A DNA stretch of 64,000 nt from Leptospiria bacterium (GTDB lineage Bacteria; Spirochaetota; Leptospiria; Turneriellales; CBDBES01). Positions 48,601-56,155 of this stretch are shown piece after piece. Position numbers and translations under genes: made by a program. The notes beneath the pieces are model-generated. The model saw only the letters and a list, made by a program, of their open reading frames with translations, ran no database searches and was not told the DNA's origin. The stretch spans positions 1,018,720 to 1,082,719 of the forward strand of contig OZ253494.1 in NCBI GenBank assembly GCA_965262015.1. The letters are read 5' to 3'. How positions within the stretch are numbered: the stretch's first letter is position 1; each line of letters opens with the position of its first letter.

Positions 48601-50073
48601 CCAGCTTCTTTCCATCTTAATGATATGGTATTAAATAAAAAAAATTGGGAGATCGCATTTTTAGACATGACATGGCAACCAAGTACAATGCGCTACCTTC
48701 CCCATAAAAACAAGATTGAAATTGGATATTTGACTTGGTCATCTATTCAGCCTACGATACAAATTCGTCAGACAAAATCTTTTTTGAAACAGATGTTTCA
48801 TTTTTACTTTGTTGGCTGTAAAAATAAGAGATGCTTAATAATAAATGAAAAATTAGCTTCATATACTTTTTTATTTCAAGCATCCTATAAAAATTGGCTG
48901 GGCTGGAATGACATAATCGAATATGAAGATCTCAAAGAACAAATAAGTTTTACTTTATCCATAGATAATATTACCATTACACAGCCAATTGAGGTAACTA
49001 CTAAACTAAAATATGATAGTGATTCAGAAGGTCCTTTTAAAATACAAATAGCACCTAGTTTAAAAATCAAGAATCTTTCCACAGATATCATTAACCATTG
49101 GTATAAAAATGGCATCCCTAATACTAAAGATATGAAATTGAATTTACTGGATTATAATACCCTAACAACACATAAAGAGCCTGATAAAGAAATTTGGATA
49201 TTTAGAATGCAAATTGTACACAATAAACTGCCTGCAAATTTAACCCAGTATCCTTTGCATAAAAATATTCCTAAGGATGTATTAAAACAAATGTCTTTTG
49301 TGGAACAAAATAAAAATGCGTATGTACGAGGCTGCTATGCTTCTTTTTTTTACCCTCGTTACAAAAACTATGTAAGATGGGATAAATTATCATGGGTTGA
49401 TGCTAAAGGTAAAAAAGTAAAAACAAATAAGGGTAAGGGTTCGCATGTATATATTGGTTGTCAGAATACAAATCGATTTAGTCGTGCCTGTCCTAGTAGA
49501 AAATATCACTGGCAAGAAGTAGAGCAACATGACATCCAAGGTTATAAGGAGTATACTCGACGTAAGCGAAATAATAACGAGAGAGGTAACCCTTATGGAT
49601 GCAATACATTTTGTACGTTAGCTGTCAGTGCCATGGCATATGATTATCTGGGTTTTGATCTACAAGCCCCACCAAAATCCATAAAAATTGGTAACCAAAC
49701 TTTTACAGATTTAAATGGAAATAATATATCATATGTTCTAGAAAATGACTTATTAAATTTAAACTCTACTACATATACTTTGAAACAATGGTATTTAGCA
49801 GAACAAAAAGCTAAGGAGGGTCAATTAGTTTTTATTACACTAGATAACTGCACCTCGAAATTAAATAGGCAATGTAGAACAGGTCATATTGCAGTCCTCA
49901 CTGGAGGAAGAAAAACTAATCAGAAAACAAAGAAGAATGCGGTAAATAATTTGTACATATACCAGGCAGGAGCTTCTTTTGGATTTATGACTTTAGAACA
50001 AGGTTTTGGATATTATATTTATGGTAGACCATCAAAAATTAAATTTGTGGTAGTACCACGCCCTACTTCATGA
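45655..50073 (+). CDS. Giant secreted protein: multiple CarboxypepD_reg/Ig-like modules plus a C-terminal papain-like (NlpC/P60-CHAP-Tae4-like) Cys-His domain
   Basis: Signal peptide MKHNMRLLLIILGIFGIHSLYS. Modules include ITGSVFTQDHHPLSNIHL...DKQGYFKSTIIDQGTYQIKY and IKGSVFNTSHQGAQDLSL...NAEGQFLFHL. In the C-terminus NPYGCNTFCTLAVSAMAYDYLG (Cys codon 49612-49614) is followed 91 aa later by TGHIAVLTGG (His codon 49885-49887). Confidence 0.7.
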   Translation: MKHNMRLLLIILGIFGIHSLYSIQTPEKIQFQKIDVQDHTIVNQITGSVFTQDHHPLSNIHLCLIKLDKISQKQQNNRLHCYKTTISDKQGYFKSTIIDQGTYQIKYEDKQHKYKTYISPSIVVRENHLIQGQQWNMKPAYLKITEQYFKLKKEVRIYIKNKLNNQLVKQKMWIQLQLDLDNTPVKCTLYEEEFYSCPLYKEIEITKHESTELKLWLKVTYQDNTFDIQNQIIIKNPVNQPVKDRLVISKQSNNYKLVEENKQYLYTLLCDTQLAQDSVTLEFQTYFPRIDQESDFFDSHKIIANFMGDITKSIALSFTINKQNFRQVISLKNFDHKLATIEHNYSHRNFNIQMYIYKKKKNGSWELNNNYQNPLKQSYAIEASSINYITINLKNVTTTKKQTNIQVSGNICLDIPDEKNCSKEDIPNRAEIILKLPNKNLFFFTNSSKQNVFSEIIIESLKASQIKEISISYRPSTYQTVNLIKCSPESTMPDCFVWDDENKHLQLPYINLIHKKNYIQELYLELTSINSQSKRLPFSLPIKLEIEGNSFFVETSQNSSTTVRVELNQGCYIGEKINITITPTIPLALKQILSTIRPKSDIPYQTSITCTPTNHYHLNVMYKHGIYIKGSVFNTSHQGAQDLSLMIKYHGNILHEIRTNAEGQFLFHLTDTFLKLPSKEVLHIYTKDVSKPLKEISLYNYKIGDTINTEIIIQDSDTGIELWSLVGHVYDENNLSGIEKVKVQLHKTHLDQKIDIGQAYTQNNCQDKSSCIFQISHLSIPKRYDITSVLKSYSISMEHPYYQARDSISVADMITNISILKEKKQIIIHAQKDNLFLRPIKTISLLIKSSMSFTSQNITPSSVFIKYIQNNILVQIQDSTKNILYKGKLESPIVLTWEQGIMQALQNEKTNNIKFQYFLKEPHEIHMVMEEVQSLKELCSVNITEIHLKPHLVFKAQIHKQQFDIVALQMNFSQALLQRTKLPASFHLNDMVLNKKNWEIAFLDMTWQPSTMRYLPHKNKIEIGYLTWSSIQPTIQIRQTKSFLKQMFHFYFVGCKNKRCLIINEKLASYTFLFQASYKNWLGWNDIIEYEDLKEQISFTLSIDNITITQPIEVTTKLKYDSDSEGPFKIQIAPSLKIKNLSTDIINHWYKNGIPNTKDMKLNLLDYNTLTTHKEPDKEIWIFRMQIVHNKLPANLTQYPLHKNIPKDVLKQMSFVEQNKNAYVRGCYASFFYPRYKNYVRWDKLSWVDAKGKKVKTNKGKGSHVYIGCQNTNRFSRACPSRKYHWQEVEQHDIQGYKEYTRRKRNNNERGNPYGCNTFCTLAVSAMAYDYLGFDLQAPPKSIKIGNQTFTDLNGNNISYVLENDLLNLNSTTYTLKQWYLAEQKAKEGQLVFITLDNCTSKLNRQCRTGHIAVLTGGRKTNQKTKKNAVNNLYIYQAGASFGFMTLEQGFGYYIYGRPSKIKFVVVPRPTS

Positions 50074-50573
50074 TTATGATACAAAGAGCTACCCTGGTAT
50101 ATATTACTGTAATCTATCTAATATCCTTACCTATTAGTGCCACTGATACTTCTGTAAAACAGATTAATCACTTTTGTCTAAATAATCAAACAAATATGGT
50201 AAAGAAATATCTGGAAAATAAAATATATCGTATTCTAGCTGCGAGTAATAATGAAGATTGGTATTTTCAACCTAAAGGTATTGTAACATGGTGTGAATCC
50301 TATTCAACAGCTTGCTTACTTGAACCTACTATACAAAAACACAAAGGGCAATGGATTATCAAAAACTATAAATATGGCGTAGAATTATTAGTCTATGACG
50401 AAAAACACTCCCTCGTGATACAGATGCCTATTTATTTTTTTGTAGATAAGCCCAAGTATCATGGATTATGTATAGGACTAATCAAAGGACAGAATGTAAA
50501 TAAGCTAACATGCCAGGAACATCAGAAATTTTATGTTCCTGAAATTTATTTAAAAAAGAAATTATTACCTTGA
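50070..50573 (+). CDS. Small exported Cys-containing protein, translationally coupled to the giant protein
   Basis: ATGA start/stop overlap at 50070-50073. Signal peptide MIMIQRATLVYITVIYLISLPISA|TD. Confidence 0.6.
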   Translation: MIMIQRATLVYITVIYLISLPISATDTSVKQINHFCLNNQTNMVKKYLENKIYRILAASNNEDWYFQPKGIVTWCESYSTACLLEPTIQKHKGQWIIKNYKYGVELLVYDEKHSLVIQMPIYFFVDKPKYHGLCIGLIKGQNVNKLTCQEHQKFYVPEIYLKKKLLP

Positions 50574-50579
50574 TAGGGT

Positions 50580-52634
50580 TTACTTTTTTTCTTTTAATGA
50601 AGCTAAAAAAGGAGCTATTTGTTTATTGGCAGAATCAATACTTTGTAATTTTAGTGCATACTCTGTAGCTTTATCATATAAACCTTGTATTTTATAGAGC
50701 TTCATGGCTAATATAAAAACCTCTGCTTTTTTCTTCTTGGTAACTACCTTATCAATATAATAACAAGCTTCCTTATACTGTTTTTTAGCTGTATATAACT
50801 TTGCTAAAGCGAATAAGACATTGGGTATGTTTTTTATTAGTTTATTAGCTTCTAGTAAATAAGATAAACTTTGGTCTATATCCGTTTTTAATGCTTGTTG
50901 AGCTTGTTTATATAGTACAGTAAGTTCATGCCATTTTACATCCAATTGTAGTGAAAATAAAGTTATATCATCCTGAGGGGAAAACGAGGAAGAAAACATT
51001 GTTAACTCTTCTTTAACTTTTGTATGTATTTCTTCTAACGTATTATTTTTCATTTCACTAATAATATGTAAAAGTCGCTGCTCACCAAAAGGTTCATTAC
51101 TTTGATTCGTATATTCTGTAATACCATCTGTATAAATAAAAATCTTATCTCCACTATGCAATAATAATGATTTTGATTCATAATCTTGAATGGGCTTGGG
51201 GAATACGCCAATTAAAGAACCATTTGTTTGTAAGGATATAATTTCATCATTTTTGTAAGAATAATACAGGGCATGGGCATGGGCGGCATTACAATAAGAA
51301 ACTTGATTAAGCGAGTCAATTTTTATACCAAAACAAGTTAGATAATCATCCGTCTTGATAATACCAGATAGCTTAGCATTCATATCAAAAAATATTTCAT
51401 CTACTGTGCTATCAGCGGTAGAAGTATTATAGAGAAACTGCTTAGCAGTCATAGTAAGCAAGGCAGCTGGAATACCATGACCAGATACATCGCCAACAAA
51501 AATATAAAGATGATCATGCGCTTTAATTACTTCATAAAAATCTCCAGAAATCATTTGTAATGGTAAATACGTTGTAGAAAAAGATATAGCATTCCAAGGA
51601 TAAATCTCCTTAGGCATCATTCCTTGTTGTATGGCAGCACCTGTTTTAAGGCCCATTTCTACTTCTTTATTCTGTAATTTAAGCTCTTGGTGAAGAACAT
51701 TCAATTCAGAAGTAAATTTAGCTGTTTGAATCTCATATTCACGATGTACTCTATTAATAGCACGATCAAGTTTTGTGTCTTTGGCTAATTTACGCCTATG
51801 TCTATATTGACTGATACGGCTTATAAAATTATCTTCTTGAAAATAATCAGCCCAATAGGAGACATGTCCACGTAAATAAAAGATATTATTAATATTATAT
51901 TTAGGATTAGAATCAGTTATATTATTTCCATTTTGGTCAAGTATTGAATTTTTTGGTCCTGCATAATATTTGATATTATCAATTTCATTAAAATCAAGAG
52001 GAGAAAGGGGTGTACTTCTTTCCAAAAATGTATAACGTTCCGGATGATTTCTAAATTTGGTCTGTAACATTGTCTTTACTATACCATTTAGCATATACAC
52101 ACTGGATAAATGGGGCCTCTTAAATTCACTAGGTAAACGCTTATAAGTCCATGATAAACAGGTTCTTTGTGTTCTATTCTTCTTATTTCTCATTGTGCGA
52201 CTACGGGCTATACTAACGATACTCATGATATTACTAGACTGTTTGACTCTCTTCAATAACATCCGTAACGGCATAGTACGTACTATTGATGAGATAAGGG
52301 CATTCCTATTCCCCATAAACGCACCTAGTTTAGTATATACCGTTGGATCATTATCAAACCATTTTAGCCATTCTATCATAAAAGCTACTTCAAGCAGATA
52401 AGAATTCCAACTTTTATTACCCATTAAGTGTCGATGAATACTACTACCCGACTTGATACCAAGATTAGCAAATACGGAATCACATGCATCTTGTCCTTTA
52501 TGAGTTTTTAAGAATAATGTGGCCTGTTGTATATAGCTTGAACTACGCTCTTTTTTTGTAATAGCAACATATAGATCAATAGGTTGCTTGATTATCTGGA
52601 CATTATGAAAACAATCTAATGGTAAAGGTTTCAC
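50580..52634 (-). CDS. PP2C/SpoIIE-family serine phosphatase with a novel N-terminal domain and C-terminal TPR
   Basis: PP2C blocks SGDFYEV, FVGDVSGHGIPAALL, IFIYTDGITE and QDDITLF. The C-terminal helical repeats are TPR-like. Confidence 0.8.
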   Translation of the reverse strand: MKPLPLDCFHNVQIIKQPIDLYVAITKKERSSSYIQQATLFLKTHKGQDACDSVFANLGIKSGSSIHRHLMGNKSWNSYLLEVAFMIEWLKWFDNDPTVYTKLGAFMGNRNALISSIVRTMPLRMLLKRVKQSSNIMSIVSIARSRTMRNKKNRTQRTCLSWTYKRLPSEFKRPHLSSVYMLNGIVKTMLQTKFRNHPERYTFLERSTPLSPLDFNEIDNIKYYAGPKNSILDQNGNNITDSNPKYNINNIFYLRGHVSYWADYFQEDNFISRISQYRHRRKLAKDTKLDRAINRVHREYEIQTAKFTSELNVLHQELKLQNKEVEMGLKTGAAIQQGMMPKEIYPWNAISFSTTYLPLQMISGDFYEVIKAHDHLYIFVGDVSGHGIPAALLTMTAKQFLYNTSTADSTVDEIFFDMNAKLSGIIKTDDYLTCFGIKIDSLNQVSYCNAAHAHALYYSYKNDEIISLQTNGSLIGVFPKPIQDYESKSLLLHSGDKIFIYTDGITEYTNQSNEPFGEQRLLHIISEMKNNTLEEIHTKVKEELTMFSSSFSPQDDITLFSLQLDVKWHELTVLYKQAQQALKTDIDQSLSYLLEANKLIKNIPNVLFALAKLYTAKKQYKEACYYIDKVVTKKKKAEVFILAMKLYKIQGLYDKATEYALKLQSIDSANKQIAPFLASLKEKK

Positions 52635-52703
52635 TTATCTTACCCAAACACAATCCAATTTGGAATTTACTATCATATATATTACCCTCTTTGCATTTAT
52701 TAA

Positions 52704-53900
52704 TTAGTGCCTTATATACTCCGTCCAAGATAGCCAAGAAAATATTGGTACAAATAGAGATTTAAAATTAGTCCTAGTTAATGAAGTACTAATATTTAAA
52801 TCTCTTTGGTTAGTAGCTTGTTCGAAGCTACTAGTTGCCTCTGCACTTCCAGTAAAAGCAGACTTATGACAATTATTATACTTACCTCTCTCAAATAATG
52901 CTACTCCACTAGTTTGTTGAACCAAAACACATACTGCAAAATTAAATACATTAAGATTTTCAAAACGTACCTTTGTTCCATGCACTAGTGACAGACCTGC
53001 TCGATTATGTGGAGTATCCTTTGGCACAACCACATAACCATTGTTTAATGTTGGATTGGAAATAGGTTCACGCAAAGGAATAACACGATTATTTGTTCCT
53101 TCAATGCCATTATCACCATCCAATGGAAATAATATATAATCTTCTATACTCCCTACCCAACCATTACTCCAATTAATTTGATCACCTAAATTTTCTGTAG
53201 CGATCAAAAATTTTACATTTACACCACCACCAATAATGGATAAACCATCACCTGCATTTTTATGCAAATGTATATGGCTTACAGATATATGCGAACCTAC
53301 AGCACGCAATGTTAATCCAGCTAATACTTGTTCTCTAACAAACTCTTTACCAGCAAACTCTATCCGTACATAGCTCATCTTACCTGCATTACCCCCCTTA
53401 TTACCACCAAACAAGCCAGTTCCAGCTAAACCAGTTCCTACATTAGAGCCATCTGCTTGTTGACCAGCATTATATCGTCCATTACCATTAATAATAATCC
53501 CACCCCAATCACCCTTATTACGATGTCCAACCGATTTTCCACTAGTGAAAATAATGGGACCATCGGAGCGTCCATCTAATGATATGTGTGAGCCTCTTTC
53601 GAAAATAAGTACTGTAGGCTCAGATACTGCTGCTAGAACCGTTGTACCCGATGCAATTATTAACATTGCACCACTCTTAACACGCACATAGCCCTGCATA
53701 CGCACACAAGATTTACCTCCTAATCCCCCCCAAAGCGTTTTCTTACCTATTACACCAGTTTTAATCTCACCATCTGAATTATTCTCGTAGTTACATGCCG
53801 TAGTGGTTGCTGGAGCAAAATTAACTGCATTCTGTGTTTCTTGAACAATGTTCGAACAAGATAATATAAATAATATACTTATTAATAAAATTTTTACCAT
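52704..53900 (-). CDS. Lipoprotein, beta-helix-like Gly/Asn-rich
   Basis: Lipobox LFILSC|S. The Gly-rich turns GDWGGIIINGNGRYNAG...GTGLAGTGLFGGNKGGNAG are suggestive of a parallel beta-helix. It is the last gene of the TBDR operon. Confidence 0.6.
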   Translation of the reverse strand: MVKILLISILFILSCSNIVQETQNAVNFAPATTTACNYENNSDGEIKTGVIGKKTLWGGLGGKSCVRMQGYVRVKSGAMLIIASGTTVLAAVSEPTVLIFERGSHISLDGRSDGPIIFTSGKSVGHRNKGDWGGIIINGNGRYNAGQQADGSNVGTGLAGTGLFGGNKGGNAGKMSYVRIEFAGKEFVREQVLAGLTLRAVGSHISVSHIHLHKNAGDGLSIIGGGVNVKFLIATENLGDQINWSNGWVGSIEDYILFPLDGDNGIEGTNNRVIPLREPISNPTLNNGYVVVPKDTPHNRAGLSLVHGTKVRFENLNVFNFAVCVLVQQTSGVALFERGKYNNCHKSAFTGSAEATSSFEQATNQRDLNISTSLTRTNFKSLFVPIFSWLSWTEYIRH

Positions 53901-53908
53901 AATAAAAG

Positions 53909-56152
53909 TTACTCCGACAACCTAAATTGTACTAATTGGTATGTTTTACTCATAATTGGATTGTTAAGCTTATCATAACTTGGTTTGTAACGTTTCCTTT
54001 TGTAAGCTTTTACAGCTGCTCGATCGAGACCAAAACCTAACTTTCTACCAATGATTTTAGCATTCAGCACCTTACCAGTCTTAGATATCACTAACTCCAA
54101 CATAATATTTCCTTGAATAGCATTTCGCCGAGCAGCTATTGGATAATCGATCACAACATTAGACTTGTCTAATGGTACAGGCATGCTGGCACCAATAGAT
54201 AAAGGATTTATAGCCTGGGCTAGAAATTTTTTCCGCTCTAGTGCTTTCTTTTTAGCTTGCTTGGCTTTCTTTTTAGCTTGCTCGGCTTTCTTTTTAGCTT
54301 GCTCGGCTTTCTTTTTAGCTTGCTCGGCTTTCTTTTTAGCTTGCTCGGCTTTCTTTTTAGCTCGCTCGGTGGTCTTTTTAGCTCGCTCGGTGGTCTTCTG
54401 CCCAGCTTTCTCTTTAGCTTGCTTGGCTTCCTCTTCAGCTTGCTTGGCTTTCTCTTTAGCTTGCTTGGCTTTCTCTTTAGCTCGCTTGGCTTCTTCTTTA
54501 GCTCGCTTAGTTTCTTTTTCAGCTTGCCTGGCTTCTTCTTTAGCTCGCTTAGTTTCTTCTTCAGCTTCCTTGGCTTCTTCTTCAGCTTCTTTAATTCTAT
54601 CTAATCTTTTAGAACGAAGCTTTTCAATGGGTATAGGAGTACCTGGTATTGTTAATTGCGTTTGTATCTTAGCTTGTTCTTGAATAATCTCTTCAGGCTG
54701 TTTATCAAATGGTACAAGTATTTTCTCAGGAACTTTGTCTAACTTTACTTGTTCTGGTATAATTTTTTCTTCTTCTGGTATTTCTTTCTGTACTTCTTCC
54801 TGTACTTCTTTTTTGCTCTTAGACGTAGAGACTATATTAAAAGCATAAATAATCTTCTTATCCTTCTTAGATAGCTGGGCAGTATAGGCTGCCTGCTCTG
54901 AGGCATACTCCACTTCTATCTGCCAATAATAACGCCCAACATCTAGATCATTAACAATAAAGCTTCTACCGGACACTAGTTTATTAATAATTATATTGCG
55001 CATCTCTTTGTCTTTGGCAACAAGAAGTCGTACAGGCACTGAACGTTCTAAATCCCAACGAAATCGAATAGCTTCACCCAACTTTGATATAGAATTATAA
55101 GCAGGAGACTGTAATAAGAGCCCTACCGAGCCTTCAATACGGAAATCATGGGGCACAGAAGCGGTTAATTGCCCATCACGCTGTCCAGTGACCTGCCAAT
55201 ACCATGTACCAGCTGACAAGGCAACCTTCTTTTGGAATCCATTGGTCTTATATATAGCTTTTTTATCAAAAGTTTTTGTAGAAGAAATATACAACTCATA
55301 CGAATCTAGATCCACTAATGCATTCCATCTAAAAAGAATATCATACTTAGATTTACGACTGTCTAAAACAAACAGACCGGCTGGCTCAGGATGAATACTT
55401 AAAATATCAATTTGATGAAGTGCTTTTTTTACTCTTCCACTCTCTTTATCCTCGACAATAGATAAAACCTCACCTGCTATGATAATGTCTTCACTTAGAT
55501 CTTCCTCTACCTGCCCTGGTTTATCCTTTTGTCTCTTTGCACTCTTCTTTTTTTGCCCATCTTTTGGTGCACCAAGCTCATTCTGAGAGACTGCAGCAAC
55601 TTTCTCTGTGGGCGGGGGCTTTGCCTTATTTAAACGTACTGAACCACTCTCCACATATACATTAGTTTGTTGATTAATTCTTTGTAAAGTAACTTCGGCA
55701 TCACCAATATTAATGATAGAATCACCCAAACGTATTTTAGTAGTATCTGTTTCTGAAGCCCCAGTGGCTCGTAAAATACCACTGTTAAAGACTAAACCAA
55801 GATCTTGACCATGAACCTGTATTTGCAACAAAGAGTTAGATTCTATTTCAATAATACTACCTGTTCTAAGAACAATCATTGCACTCGAATTCTCTTGTGT
55901 AAGGATATAGTCGTTATAATATACATCTGAATCTATGGCAATTACTTCCCAAATAAAACGGCCTGATAGCTTCCGTAATACAACGTTAGATGTATGCACT
56001 ACTTTACCTAGAACTTGTGCACCTGATTCATGAGAAAGCGAACGGGTAAAATGTAAATAGACAAGAACAGACCAAATAATAGAATTTAGTAACAAAAATA
56101 ATATAACTTTTGTACCGCCCTGACTTTTATTAAATGAAGGATTTTGTAACAT
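53909..56152 (-). CDS. Membrane-anchored FecR-like / K-E-A-repeat / TonB C-terminal domain fusion protein
   Basis: TM segment VILFLLLNSIIWSVLVYLHF. FecR-like block ILTQENSSAMIVLRTGSIIEIESNSLLQI. About 110 aa are almost pure K/E/A/Q. The TonB_C-like end is YPIAARRNAIQGNIMLELVISKTGKVLNAKII...AVKAYKRKRYKP. Confidence 0.7.
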   Translation of the reverse strand: MLQNPSFNKSQGGTKVILFLLLNSIIWSVLVYLHFTRSLSHESGAQVLGKVVHTSNVVLRKLSGRFIWEVIAIDSDVYYNDYILTQENSSAMIVLRTGSIIEIESNSLLQIQVHGQDLGLVFNSGILRATGASETDTTKIRLGDSIINIGDAEVTLQRINQQTNVYVESGSVRLNKAKPPPTEKVAAVSQNELGAPKDGQKKKSAKRQKDKPGQVEEDLSEDIIIAGEVLSIVEDKESGRVKKALHQIDILSIHPEPAGLFVLDSRKSKYDILFRWNALVDLDSYELYISSTKTFDKKAIYKTNGFQKKVALSAGTWYWQVTGQRDGQLTASVPHDFRIEGSVGLLLQSPAYNSISKLGEAIRFRWDLERSVPVRLLVAKDKEMRNIIINKLVSGRSFIVNDLDVGRYYWQIEVEYASEQAAYTAQLSKKDKKIIYAFNIVSTSKSKKEVQEEVQKEIPEEEKIIPEQVKLDKVPEKILVPFDKQPEEIIQEQAKIQTQLTIPGTPIPIEKLRSKRLDRIKEAEEEAKEAEEETKRAKEEARQAEKETKRAKEEAKRAKEKAKQAKEKAKQAEEEAKQAKEKAGQKTTERAKKTTERAKKKAEQAKKKAEQAKKKAEQAKKKAEQAKKKAKQAKKKALERKKFLAQAINPLSIGASMPVPLDKSNVVIDYPIAARRNAIQGNIMLELVISKTGKVLNAKIIGRKLGFGLDRAAVKAYKRKRYKPSYDKLNNPIMSKTYQLVQFRLSE
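54242..54600 (-). repeat. In-frame 21-nt tandem repeats encoding (AEQAKKK)n and related K/E/A heptads
   Basis: Seven consecutive 21-nt units at 54242-54388 (GGCTTTCTTTTTAGCTTGCTC and variants), followed by degenerate copies to ~54600. Confidence 0.9.
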
Positions 56153-56155
56153 ATT

